DNA of 64,000 nucleotides from Batkoa obscura (Eukaryota): NCBI GenBank assembly GCA_030770535.1, contig JASVEC010000021.1, positions 496,001 to 560,000 of the forward strand, read 5' to 3'. Shown piece by piece: positions 39,557 to 51,336 of this stretch (position 1 is its first letter; each line of letters starts with the position of its first letter). The notes under the pieces were generated by a model. It saw only the letters and a program-made list of their open reading frames with translations, ran no database searches and was not told where the DNA came from. The position numbers and the translations under genes were made by a program.

Positions 39557-40006
39557 CTATTTTTTCCCTTTTTTACCAAGGCCAATACTAAGACGTTTGG
39601 AGCCATTGTTAGAGCTCTTACCGCTACCTGTATTTCCACCTTTTACGCTTTGGTTATTGCCTTTAGGCTGTCCTCTACCTCCCCCTTGTAACTTTTGGGT
39701 ATTCTTGGCTTGGCCTCTGTTGTTTCCTTGGGTATTTTGATTGTTACCTCTTCCTTGCCCACCCTGGTTATTAGAGTGGCCTAATAGATTTTTTCCAGTA
39801 TTCCATACAGTTTTAATAGTGCTAGCTGCATTATTTACTTTATTGCCTAAGTTAGTAACCTTGTTTCCAACATTACCAATGGTGCTGAATATTCCACGAG
39901 GCTGGATATATTCCCTTGTATCAAGATTAGTGAGCTCTTGGCTTCTAAAGCTAAAGGAGAAGGCACTGTTCAAAACGAGTAAAGTGAATAAGGTATTAAA
40001 CTTCAT
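39557..40006 (-). CDS. Small secreted cationic Gly/Asn/Gln/Lys-rich protein; candidate antimicrobial/cytolytic peptide precursor (149 aa)
   Basis: Signal-peptide-like MKFNTLFTLLVLNSAFS; short acidic pro-segment ending LDTR..IQPR; remainder has no D/E/C and 18 K/R; AAAAAAATG start context. Confidence 0.8.
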   Translation of the reverse strand: MKFNTLFTLLVLNSAFSFSFRSQELTNLDTREYIQPRGIFSTIGNVGNKVTNLGNKVNNAASTIKTVWNTGKNLLGHSNNQGGQGRGNNQNTQGNNRGQAKNTQKLQGGGRGQPKGNNQSVKGGNTGSGKSSNNGSKRLSIGLGKKGKK

Positions 40007-40975
40007 TTTTTTAATATTATTATTTTTGATGTCTTAATGTTGAAATTTTTTTCTTATTTATATTATTTTCTTCTGTATAATAACAATATTTGCTATCCGA
40101 TTTATAATTATTATGGTTGTCGTTTTTATAATATTAATTGACCTTTTATTTTTTTTACTTTATATAGTAATTTTTGAATTTTTTAATAGATATAATTGAA
40201 GTATGATTTTAACATTAATTGGCTAGTTTGACAAAGATTATTATACTAGAGCTTCTATATTAATTCATTATATCTAAATAAACCATTATTATATTCAATA
40301 AAATAATAATTTAGATTAAGAGTTTATAGTAATAATCTTCTTCAATTTCGGGTCAACATTTCATTAATATATAACCATTTTCATCAATATATTTTATTAT
40401 ATTAAATTAATAAATAAAATTACTAGCTTTATCAATTCTATTACGATTTATTTCATCTTAATAGATTTTATAAATCATGTTACTATAACCAGTTTTTTAC
40501 AAGCTTTGTATGATTTACATAATAAATACTAATTAAAAAATGTTAGCTTGATGAGAAAATTCTTTCAGAATTCTTTATAGTAAAAACATATACATTATAA
40601 AGTATGTAATATAATATATATTCATAAACTGTAAAAAGTTTCGAGTGTCACAAAAATAAGTATTTAAAACTAGTTGGATTTAGATACTATTTTTTTATTT
40701 GTTGTCTATATCTTTTATAACAAATTTAAAAAAATGAATCTAAATTGAATCAGTTCTAAATAAGAGGGTTTTAAGAGTTAAATAATACGAGTCCAATAAA
40801 ATTATATAGTAACTATATTATAATAGTCTTTTTTTGAAACCTTGAAAGAGCTGATAGCTTTCAAGTGCCTCTTATCCATGAATCAAAATAATGACTACCT
40901 TTTAAAAACGTTATTTTATAAACACGACTAAAATGTATAAAATTTTACAATTATTCTAAAATTTATTCAAAATAT

Positions 40976-41073
40976 GGGGATGTATTTTTGTGTTTAAGAA
41001 CTTTACTAACAAATTTTTCGCTTAAATAGCACTTAAAAATGGAAAAAATAATGAAGTCAAAAAAAGCATTCTC
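40976..41073 (+). mobile_element. MITE-A copy
   Basis: GGGGATGT...GCATTCTC; TSD ATAT. Confidence 0.9.
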
Positions 41074-41477
41074 ATATCTCAATAAATATTGAGACAAACT
41101 ATAACTAATTACGAAAAAACAGGGACATCAACCTCTCAGTTAAGATAGGTATTACTTTTTCTCAATTTATAACTCAATAAAAATTTAAGGTTGTGAGATT
41201 CGAACCTTTTAATTGGTCACCACTATTTTCCCACATTTTGAATTTTCTCAATTGAACAAATTAATATTTGTATTTTTTCATAATCGGTTATAGTATAAAG
41301 CAAATTTGACTAACAATATTTCTTTAATAGTAGCTTAGGTAGAGACAAAACCAAGAAATGCTGAAAATATCATAGAACCTAGATATTTTTATCATACACT
41401 TATCACTTAGATAGAAATTAAATGCTTTGATATCAATTTAAACAATTTATTAAAAAATGTTTATATAGTGATATCGA

Positions 41478-42967
41478 AATTGGTTTCATTTTCTATCCAA
41501 TTAAAGATTCTATATTTTAAAAACTTTATTTAAATTCTGTAAAAATAAATTCTTTTTAAAAACTAAAATTACTCATCACAGTTTTAAATTATTTTATTAT
41601 AATTTATATTATAAGTTAGCAGAGCTTCTACCAAACTTAGTAAAAATCAACATATTAGCAAGGTTTTTACTAATATAACTTATATATTGATATTAATTAA
41701 AGTTGTAGTATATAAATAAATAAATATTTATAAAAATTCATTAAAAAATATTGATTATTAACTGTTTTATAATCAACATTGTAGATTTACTATTAAATAA
41801 ACAAATTATTTTTATATTATAATTACATTATTAATATATCACTGAATTAATAAATAACTGTATAAGGGGAAGTGGCTAGCTTTAAAACTATAGTTGACTA
41901 TTTTATAATATAAATAATATAATAGTAATTTTTATTCATTATTATAACTTCTTACTTTTTAGCTATTTATTAATTTAGCTATTAATTGTGGAATCTAGTA
42001 CTCAATGATTGGGATCAAAATTAATTCTTACTTGATTAACTAGCCATAAGTCAAAAAGTCTTAGTTTACATAACTAAGATAGACTTGAATTATGAAGAAT
42101 AGCATATGGGGATGTATTTTTTCGGTTAAGAGTTTTGCTAACAATCTTTCCACTCAAATAACGCTTAAAAATGGAAAAAGTAATGAAGACAAAAAAACAT
42201 CCCCATATAATATACTACGGACTATATAAGACAAATATAATAGATAAAACTACTGTAAATCTATGTAAAATATTATCACAAAGATTTGATGGCTTTATTA
42301 AAGGTACAACATTAGGGAATAATCCAATTAAAAAGTCTCGAGTTATTATCTTGAAGAGTCTCTTTTATACTCCAACAAATATGTATATCAAAACGGGGAG
42401 GCAATGTCCTTCAGAAACTGATTTTGATCCTAACCACTGAGTACTAGATTCCACAATTAATAGCTAAATTAATAAATAGCTAAAAAGTAAGAAGTTATAA
42501 TAATGAATAAAAATTACTATTATATTATTTATATTATAAAATAGTCAACTATAGTTTTAAAGCTAGCCACTTCCCCTTATACAGTTATTTATTAATTCAG
42601 TGATATATTAATAATGTAATTATAATATAAAAATAATTTGTTTATTTAATAGTAAATCTACAATGTTGATTATAAAACAGTTAATAATCAATATTTTTTA
42701 ATGAATTTTTATAAATATTTATTTATTTATATACTACAACTTTAATTAATATCAATATATAAGTTATATTAGTAAAAACCTTGCTAATATGTTGATTTTT
42801 ACTAAGTTTGGTAGAAGCTCTGCTAACTTATAATATAAATTATAATAAAATAATTTAAAACTGTGATGAGTAATTTTAGTTTTTAAAAAGAATTTATTTT
42901 TACAGAATTTAAATAAAGTTTTTAAAATATAGAATCTTTAATTGGATAGAAAATGAAAAACCAATTT
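41478..42967. repeat. Large inverted repeat: arms 41478-42021 and 42421-42967 (~545 bp), ~400-bp spacer; built from relic L
   Basis: Arms read as exact reverse complements over ~520 bp by eye; 3 transitions at the inner end and a 2-nt indel at the outer end. Confidence 0.92.
42108..42204 (+). mobile_element. MITE-A copy inserted in relic L within the IR spacer
   Basis: GGGGATGT...ACATCCCC; TSD ATAT; empty homologous site at ~1822-1835 (minus strand). Confidence 0.92.
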
Positions 42968-42975
42968 GAACATAT

Positions 42976-43067
42976 GAGAATGTGTTTTGTGTTTAAGAAT
43001 TTTACTAATAAATTTTCCGCTTAAATAGTACTTAAAAAATGGAAAAAGTAATGAAAAAAACATCCCC
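42976..43067 (+). mobile_element. MITE-A copy
   Basis: GAGAATGT...ACATCCCC; TSD ATAT. Confidence 0.88.
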
Positions 43068-43147
43068 ATATTTATTAGCTAAAATATATTTTTTTTGTAA
43101 TCATAATTAGATAATTCCAAAATATAGACTTTTATCTTTTATCATAT

Positions 43148-43240
43148 GAGGATGTTTTTGATTTCCATCTTTTCCATTTTTTAAGCGCTATTTGAGTGGA
43201 AAGATTGTTAATAAAATTCTTAAACAAAAAATACATCCTC
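43148..43240 (-). mobile_element. MITE-A copy
   Basis: GAGGATGT...ACATCCTC. Confidence 0.88.
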
Positions 43241-44548
43241 AATATTGTTTTTACTTTACAAGGGGTTATAAATTCATAATGTAATATCTAATCATCGATG
43301 CGTTTAATTTTTAAAATATGACAATATAAATCTAATCAAAAATGATTAAAGGTCAAATATATTGATTAATCATTATACTTCACACTTTTGAATTTTTTGT
43401 AATTAAACTTAATTTTCGAACTAATGGCGTCATTTTATTACAGCTTGTCAACTATTAACTATGAATATAAGAGTTTTAAGTTAATGTATATTTTAAAGTC
43501 TTAGGTTTTACAGTAGTTACTTTTATTTAGTACTTTAATATTGTTTAAATCTTTTTAAAATAGGTTAGTAATGTACAGAATAAATAAAGAGATGTATTAT
43601 AACTATGCTTCCTAAATAACCGTTTCTTACTAAAATAAAATAAAAATTTAAACATAAACAGTATAAATCAAAACTACATTATTATATTATAGTTTTAATT
43701 TAACATTGAGACATTTAACTTTATTGAATTAATGACATAGTTGTAAAAAATACAGTAAAACGAACTGAGCTTTACCAATTTTGGAATTTATACCATAAAT
43801 ATCACTGTATAATAAAATCCTGTATTAACCTGTATTAACCTGTATCAACCTTAATGAAAAAGTAGTGATAATGTAAAGTAGAATTTAATTCAGTTTCTTT
43901 TATTATACCATGAGAGTGAATGATGTATCATCAAAAAGTATTTATCTTTTATTGTTTATTGTTTTCCCCCATAGTCGCTATAAGACCTTTTAATTTGGTT
44001 TTTATTTGATTATTTTCTAATATACTATTTGCTTTAATATACAAGTTTGAGATTTCAAAAAGCTTATCTTTAAAAATAATGTGAAGTATTTGCCTATACT
44101 ACCTATCTATTCAGTTATTTATTCTTAAAATCGCTTGCTTTCCGCTATCTCATTCAATAAGTCTTTACTATGTGTTTATGCTTTTTATAGAAAAAGAATG
44201 CTCTGACCATTTTAGGTAGAATTTTTTTAAATAAAAGAATACCAATAACTCCGTTATCAAACTTCGAAATGAAAAATTGAAATAATTGAAGTAATAAATG
44301 TTTTTTATCTACAATAACTCAGGGATTTTCTAGAACGAGTATACGCTTATTTTAAAACACAATTCACGAATAGTCATTATGGAGTATTAACACTAGCGAG
44401 AAATGATACTATTATAGTTTATATTACAAGGTTGGTGAGCCCATTGTTAGATTTATTAGATTTTTTCATCTTTATTGCTTTCTTACTAGAGAAATAAGTT
44501 AGTGGCTGTAATAGTATATAAATTTTTACCTAATATATTTTAGTAATT

Positions 44549-44638
44549 GGGTGTGTTTTTTGGTTTCCACTTTTTCCATTTTTTAAGCATTATTAAGCGG
44601 AAAATTTGTTAGTAAAATTCTTAAAAAAATATATCCCC
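44549..44638 (-). mobile_element. MITE-A copy
   Basis: GGGTGTGT...ATATCCCC; internal AAGCGGAAAATTTGTTAGTAAAATTCTTAAA. Confidence 0.85.
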
Positions 44639-44874
44639 TAATTTTTTATGTAGCAATTCTATACTTTTACCACTTGAGTATGCTCAAAAAAAGAAATATA
44701 TATATGAAAAGCATAGTATTTTTATAATTTTCATAATTTTTATTTTTTAAAATAAATTTAAAAACATGTAGCTTTATTATAATAATTAAAATTCATTATT
44801 GATATTAATTTCCAACCAGGGAAAATTAAGAAATAAACAAAAGTGATTATACTAAGTAATCTAGAAAAAAATGC

Positions 44875-45546
44875 TTAAAAAGAACTGAAATAAGTATCAA
44901 AAGAAAAAGTATCCGTTGGGATAATATCATTAGGGATATAATCTACACTGTAGAAATTTAAACTGTTGCTATTGTAAGGAATCGTATTAATTAATGGAAA
45001 TGGAATGCTGTAATCATAATTATAAAGGTAGCAAAGAGGCTCATAATCATTGCTAGGAGACACGTGTAATATAGAAGGTGAAGAATTACAGCTAAATACA
45101 CTATCTTGTACTGCTTCTTGTTTTGGTTGTTTCTTTTTGGACTTGGATCTTCCTTTAGGATATCTCAATCTTTTGATTTTACTCAATGTGTCCTCCGAGT
45201 TAACTTTAAAATGAGGATTCTTAAATTGGCACCAAGAGTCAATATTCCCATCAGGGTTTGGGCTCTTTCCATCATTAACTCGAGTAAAACCATAAAGATT
45301 AAGTTGTCGAAAAAAGGAACCAGTACTATTATTTCGAAAATGCTTGGGAAGTATCGTTTGTCCAAAAGCTGAGGTGCTATTTACTGTGAATGTTTCACCT
45401 TGGCCGTCCCAATTTAATATATCTGGGTAACTTTGTTCGCTCAAAAGTCTATTAATAACATCGTTAATAACAACATTCATTAAATAATTAAATTTTTAAA
45501 CTTACCTATGAAGAGTTAAAATAAAAGGAGAGATCTTCTGTTTCAT
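44875..45546 (-). CDS. Miniature HSF-type DNA-binding protein 2 (204 aa); exons 45546-45506, 45448-44875
   Basis: The true start lies upstream of the ORF-track call: MKQKISPFILTLHR then a GTAAGT...TAATAG intron, then LLSEQSYPDILNWDGQGETFTV..ILPKHFRNNSTGSFFRQLNLYGFTR..QFKNPHF; TATATAAA ~65 bp upstream. Confidence 0.9.
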
Positions 45547-47044
45547 TGAAAAAAGTCTAAGGTCTAAAAGTGATATATCTCTAATTAATTTAAAGCTCCA
45601 CTCAGCTATTTATATACAGGTGTCCGAGAATTGACAAAATTTTTAGGGATTAATTAGGAACAAAGTAGACAGGATAAAATTAAATTTTTACCCCTGATTT
45701 GGAAGTAAATATAAAACAAATGACTTGGTAAAATCATATTACTTAAAATTCCGGTTTATTTTTGATGTACTTTAACATTATATTTGAAATTACTGGTTCT
45801 TTATCTTTTTCATATACGTCACCTTATTGAATTTATTGAATGATTATCAACATCATAAAAAGTATAGTTATAGGAATAGGATCATTTTGTAGATTACATT
45901 GTAGTATTTTTCAGTACTTTAAATTGTCAAATATTTAAACAGAACTTATGTAAAAGGGTATTACAAATCGTTATCATGTATCATAAAATTTTAAACTTTC
46001 ACAATAATATAAAGCTAAGATAAAAATTTTTCAATGAACAAAACTTGTTCTTAAACCGGTTTGTTCAATTTTGTGAATTTAAGTTGTAGATATAAAAGTA
46101 GCGAAATGAAAGTTATTTTAAATAAAAGTAATTTATATATTCTATATAAAGGAACCTTCGTTATAACACATAACATATATGTAGCGATATGATTTAATGA
46201 AATCCATTAATTTAGCTTTCAAATCATACCTTCACATTATCTAAAGACAAAATTTCTAATTATATTGTTAATTTTAAGAATAATAGCGGTTTCTACTCTA
46301 ATTTACTAATTTTTTGAAATATGAAGTAAAATTGCTGTCATGCTTTTTATGTTCCTACTCTTTTGATTTTGTGGTTTAATTGAAACTCGTATATTTCTAA
46401 TTTGGATTTGGATTATCAAAAGTTGAGGCCTTATATAATATTACAGTATCAAGTTTCATGATTTTAAACAATAGGCTAATATCTACTTTCCTATTTCTTT
46501 AAAAAATTACTTTTAACATCTTTTAAAGTCTTTTCGCACTTGAGTCTTTGAGTTTAAGACTATTATATTGTCAATTTAATTCATTTGAAGCTATGATGAC
46601 ATTAATCTATATCCTGAAATAATGATATTCAAAAAAATCCCTCAAAATTTAAACCACTAGCTTATTGCTTATCATTTTAGTATAAGTTTGTTGAAACATT
46701 TAACTTACCGTGCTTGTAAATATTCTTCTCAACCATATGAAGCTTTAAATAATTTTTCCACACATTGTTTAAATATAGAACAAGCTATACTTTCAGTAAG
46801 TTCAAGTTTTCTGGATAATGTAAATTTTTACTAATTAATAAATTTATACTAGAAAAATCTTAAATAGCTCTAGATAGAATCAATACTATTTGGGTTACGT
46901 AATGTAGTTCAATAATCTTTAATAGCTTTCGCTCACTTTTGATTTAATAATAATTGAAATTATTTATATTTTAGTAACTTTAAACGTTATAAACCATAAG
47001 GCTTATTATACATTACAATAAACAAGCTATCTATGTTATAATAT

Positions 47045-47143
47045 GCTGGTGTATTTTTTTGCTTAAGGGCTTTACTAACAATTTTTCTACTCAAATAGCA
47101 CTCAAGATGGAAAAAGTAAGGAAGCCAAAAAAAAAACCTTCTC
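47045..47143 (+). mobile_element. MITE-A copy (diverged TIRs)
   Basis: Internal TTTACTAACAATTTTTCTACTCAAATAGCAC match; ATAT flanks. Confidence 0.8.
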
Positions 47144-47567
47144 ATATGTTATACTTTTCTAACAGAATTAACTTTACAATTAAACAGATGATACGAAATT
47201 ATAATTTAGCTTTTTCTATTTTCAAAGTGAATAATAGCTTTCCACTTATTTCCACAAAATCCCTTAGTGATATTGTATTTGCTATTTCCTAGACTTTTTA
47301 GAATTATATAGCTTACATTATCCTTCAAATAATGGTATGATTGAGCTTTCATTAATTTTTATATAAAACTTCGCCATTAAATGAAACAAAAATGAAGATT
47401 ACAATTAAAATTTTAAATAAGAGTTAGTAAGAACTCATTTAAACAAAATTAATATGTATTTTGATAATCTAACTCACAAAATTTAAATTTTAAGCTACTT
47501 AAAATGGTCAAAATATTAAAGCAAAAAGGGTTACTTCCAAAATGGTTTAATAAAAAATGATAAATAT

Positions 47568-47666
47568 AGGAGTGTTTTTTTTGACTTCATTATTTCTTCC
47601 ATTTTTTAAGCGCTATTTAAGCGGAAAATTTATTAGTAAAATTCTTAAATACAAAAATACATCCCC
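47568..47666 (-). mobile_element. MITE-A copy
   Basis: AGGAGTGT...ACATCCCC; TSD ATAT. Confidence 0.9.
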
Positions 47667-48730
47667 ATATAGTCAAAAGCTATGGTTTAAAAAAGTTAAT
47701 AATAGTAAGCTTTCAAAATCAAAATTAGTTTAAAAAGCTATAATCGGATTTATTTATATTATAAATATAATTTTTGTCAGAACAAAGCTGACTACTTTAT
47801 TAATCAGTTCAAACATGAAATCTAGTAGCACGTTGTATAGATACTTGATAAGAAATTGCCATGAACTATTTAATATTATACAAAATATGGACATTTGCTT
47901 ACTAAATATGATGGTAACTCTTAGAAGTAGTAAGTTTTATTTACACTTTTGTTTTGACTAAATTTTGTGAAAAAATATACAGGTGTAATTGTTTTAACAC
48001 TATTGCGAATTAACTACTAACTTTTTAGAGCCAATTCTTTGTTCATTTAATTCTTTTGAAGTCTAATTTTATAAATTATCTAGATTTTGGCTAAATTTAT
48101 TCAAAAATAAACTGTTATATATACCATATTAGAGCTGCAACAATTGTAAACTTTATATACGAATTGTCTATATAATTTCAATAAAAAGTCCATATTTAAC
48201 AAAGCCATTTCGTATTTATTATATACAATTGGTATTACCAAACTTAAATATGCTTTTGTTAACTGTGTTAATGGGATATTAGCCATATGCCACCAAATAA
48301 ATAAATAAACATTCGATATTTTAATTTATCAGTACCAACAAATTATTAACATACTTATATTCATTATACCATAAATAAATCAGCTAAAAACGTGAAAATA
48401 TAATAATGGATTTTGTAAATATCTTCTTTAAGGCTGTAAATTCAGCTGTAAATTATACGAAGAGGAAATATATTAAAACTATTGTAAAATATTTTGATAT
48501 AATTGTAATCAATAAAACATATGGCTATAGATTTAATGTCCATAAGTTCAAATTTTCCAATATTTAATAGAATCATTAAATCTATTGTGATTATGATTTT
48601 TTTATTTAAATTAATATATTAAAAATATTAAAATATAGTACAATAAAATAATATGACTTTAAATGCGAAAATAAAATTAAATAATCAACTTGTTATTTAA
48701 TGTATTATATATATAATAAAATGCAAATAT

Positions 48731-50474
48731 TTAAAAGTTTTCTAAAAAAACAAATTAGTAAATGAATACAACTAATAATCTTAACTTACCTTTTCCAAAA
48801 TAAAACTTAGTGCCATTTTCATCTGGCTGATTGTATTTGTTGGCAGCATTGTTCAATTGAGTAGACAAAATCCTGGGTCCGCAGAAAAAGACACCAATAT
48901 CGGTAGCTGGATGAATATGGCAAAGTCCAGTAAAAATTTGATCCAAATTGGGACGTCCATAATGAGTTGGGGAACGTAATCCAGTTACTGCATCTTGATG
49001 ACCCTCTTGATCATTAAGGATAATATTTGCTGCTTCATCAGCCTTCAATCTACCGGTCAAGTAAGTGTGAATTTCTATAAACTGCTGAATATCTTCTTCC
49101 TCTATAGCCTTCAATAAATCCTGAAACCATTCAAATGCCTACTATATAAATATTTATTTTTAAATGAAATCATATAATGAATTACTTCTTTATCTCTACA
49201 AATCCATATAAAATACACTTTTGACAGCCTAGTTTTACTTTGAGGATAATTAACACGATACCTAAATTCAGAGTAAATATTTGATTGATTACTTATTAAA
49301 GCTATTACCATATAGATTTCAAAATTGAAGCAAAAGGAGTTACACCAATACCAGCACCGACTAAAACGGCTACTTCATATTTGAACACATCTTCAGAGGC
49401 AGAGCCAAATGGCCCATCCACCATAACTCTAGGCAAAACAGTGGATATGGAACTATTAGCCGTGTCGCCATCACCCAAATCACAACCTAAAGATTTAGCC
49501 AAAGCAGTAGTAAAATTACCTACTACACGAACATGTACTGATATATAATCTTCTTCTGGAGCAGATGTTAGCGTGAAAGGATGCCATTGATGTAATGATA
49601 CTGCGGGGCAGCATAGAAATATCCATTGGCCAGCTTGTGTTTTTATTCCTTCTTTTTTCATTTGAATTTCTACTACATTACTAGGGTGCAATACAACTTT
49701 GGATACCACAGTATGTTGAAATCCACGTAACTCTCTTAAAATACGCTCAATCAAATATAAAATTCCAGATAAAAGCCAGTACTTATAAAATGAACCTCCA
49801 TCTCTACAAAAAGGTGGACCATCTGGTTTCACTAAACAATAGACCCCATGAATCGAAAAACCAAAGAAGTAAACAGCAAATAGATGATGTGTATACCAAA
49901 ACACTTCAAAATGCTTCATCCTTACTTTGTTTAATGCGGTCACTACTATTAATATCAATGCGATCAACATAAGATGACCAGTCCATCCAGGTCCAGTAAC
50001 GAAAGAGTAAAAGGCCCAAGATGGTCCATTTTCAATTTTAACAGACAATTGGTAAAAGTTTACATAATGAGCGAATGTATGTAATAAAGAAAAGAATAGG
50101 ATCGTCCATCCACAAGTTTTATGAAATTCGACGTTTTGATCAAATGGAATTACTCTCCCTAAAGGGGTAATCCGCATTAAAGATATTAAATTTCGGCACA
50201 TAGGTAGCATTATGATTCCAGTATCTACATGTAAATTGATTGCGCTAGCACGAGCTATTGGTAATGTAATTCCTAATAAACCTCTTGCTACAGTAAACCT
50301 TTCGTCATAATAAAATTTTATGAATCCAACGATAAACATCACAATTTGGGAAATAATCCACAACACGAAAAATATTACTGTCAAACCTTCATTTACCATC
50401 CATTTATCAAGTCTTTGGCGCCAGTTTGGTACAAACAAAGTTGGCTGAGGGTATCTTGCATAAGGGTCTAGCAT
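48731..50474 (-). CDS. NADPH oxidase catalytic subunit, NoxB/Nox2-type (533 aa); exons 50474-49309, 49261-49186, 49138-48790, 48741-48731
   Basis: Heme His pairs (FHKTCG..HTFAH; FWYTHH), FAD HPFTLTSAP, NADPH DGPFG and VGAGIGVTPF, VFFCGP, terminal KENF; RLDKWMVNEG N-terminus resembles NoxB rather than NoxA. Confidence 0.93.
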
Positions 50475-50797
50475 TACTTTTATTAAATAGAAAAAAATAA
50501 AAAAATCAATATCATTTTTTTCTTATGGATTTTACTTGATTTTAAATAGCGTTATACAACTGCTAATATTATTTGTTTGTTTTTATTAACAGAAAAATTG
50601 TTTGAATTTAGTCTAAAACTGTTAGTTTAATTTTAAATCATTATTTTTAAGTAATTAACACCATCAAAAATCTAACAGTATATAATCTATTCAACTACCG
50701 TTGCTTTGTGTGCTTGCCTCTTTGATTTTATTTTTATATATAGCTGCTGCGGTTTTATTGCAATTTAATCAGTGCTAGTTTTTTGAGATGATTATTT

Positions 50798-50894
50798 GAG
50801 GATGTATTTCTGTGTTTAAGAATTTTACTAACAATTTTTCCGCTTAAATAGCGCTTAAAATGGAAAAAATAATGAAGTCAAAAAAAACACTTCC
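50798..50894 (+). mobile_element. MITE-A copy inserted in repeat B
   Basis: GAGGATGT...ACACTTCC; TSD ATTT/ATTT; empty site at ~37940. Confidence 0.92.
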
Positions 50895-51081
50895 ATTTGT
50901 TTGATTGGTTTTTTGAAGCCTGATTTCTATATTATAGCTTGATTTTGGCTAACTTTTATTTTTAAATGAATGGTTAATGAAGTTGTAAGAGAGTTGCAGT
51001 AGCTGTGATCACTTTCCTCATTCTTTGCGAATAAATCAGATCTTATTAAGCATATGATTAGGCTATCTTAATAAACTTACA

Positions 51082-51336
51082 CTTTTTTGAGAAATGCTCA
51101 AAACTCTGGTGGTTTAACAATTATAAGCAAAAAACATTTAAAACTAAATAAAATTGGGGATGTATTTTTGTATTTAAGAATTTTACTAATAATTTTTCCA
51201 CTCAAATAGCGCTTAAAAGATGGGAAAAGTAATGAAGCCAAAAAAAACACTCCCAAATACTACAATTCCTAATTTTTTACTCAGTTTTTTGTTTACAGTT
51301 GCCAACAGTTAGAGCTTTGGACATTTCTCAAAAAGG
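51082..51336. repeat. Imperfect foldback (~55-bp arms) enclosing a MITE-A
   Basis: CTTTTTTGAGAAATGCTCAAAACTCT..ATAAGCAAAAAAC vs GTTTTTTGTTTAC..AGAGCTTTGGACATTTCTCAAAAAG. Confidence 0.75.
51156..51254 (+). mobile_element. MITE-A copy
   Basis: GGGGATGT...ACACTCCC; flanks AATT/AAAT. Confidence 0.92.

Noticed and set aside
41189..41210. GGTTCGAATC (tRNA T-loop/B-box) on the minus strand
   Set aside because: T-stem does not pair and no cloverleaf can be drawn
42171..42440. 89-aa ORF in the IR spacer as a transposase or gene (also ORFs at 47059 and 56009)
   Set aside because: These start in or run through MITE-A sequence (MEKV-K-KK is the MITE read in frame); not in the inferred LINE frame; no catalytic motif
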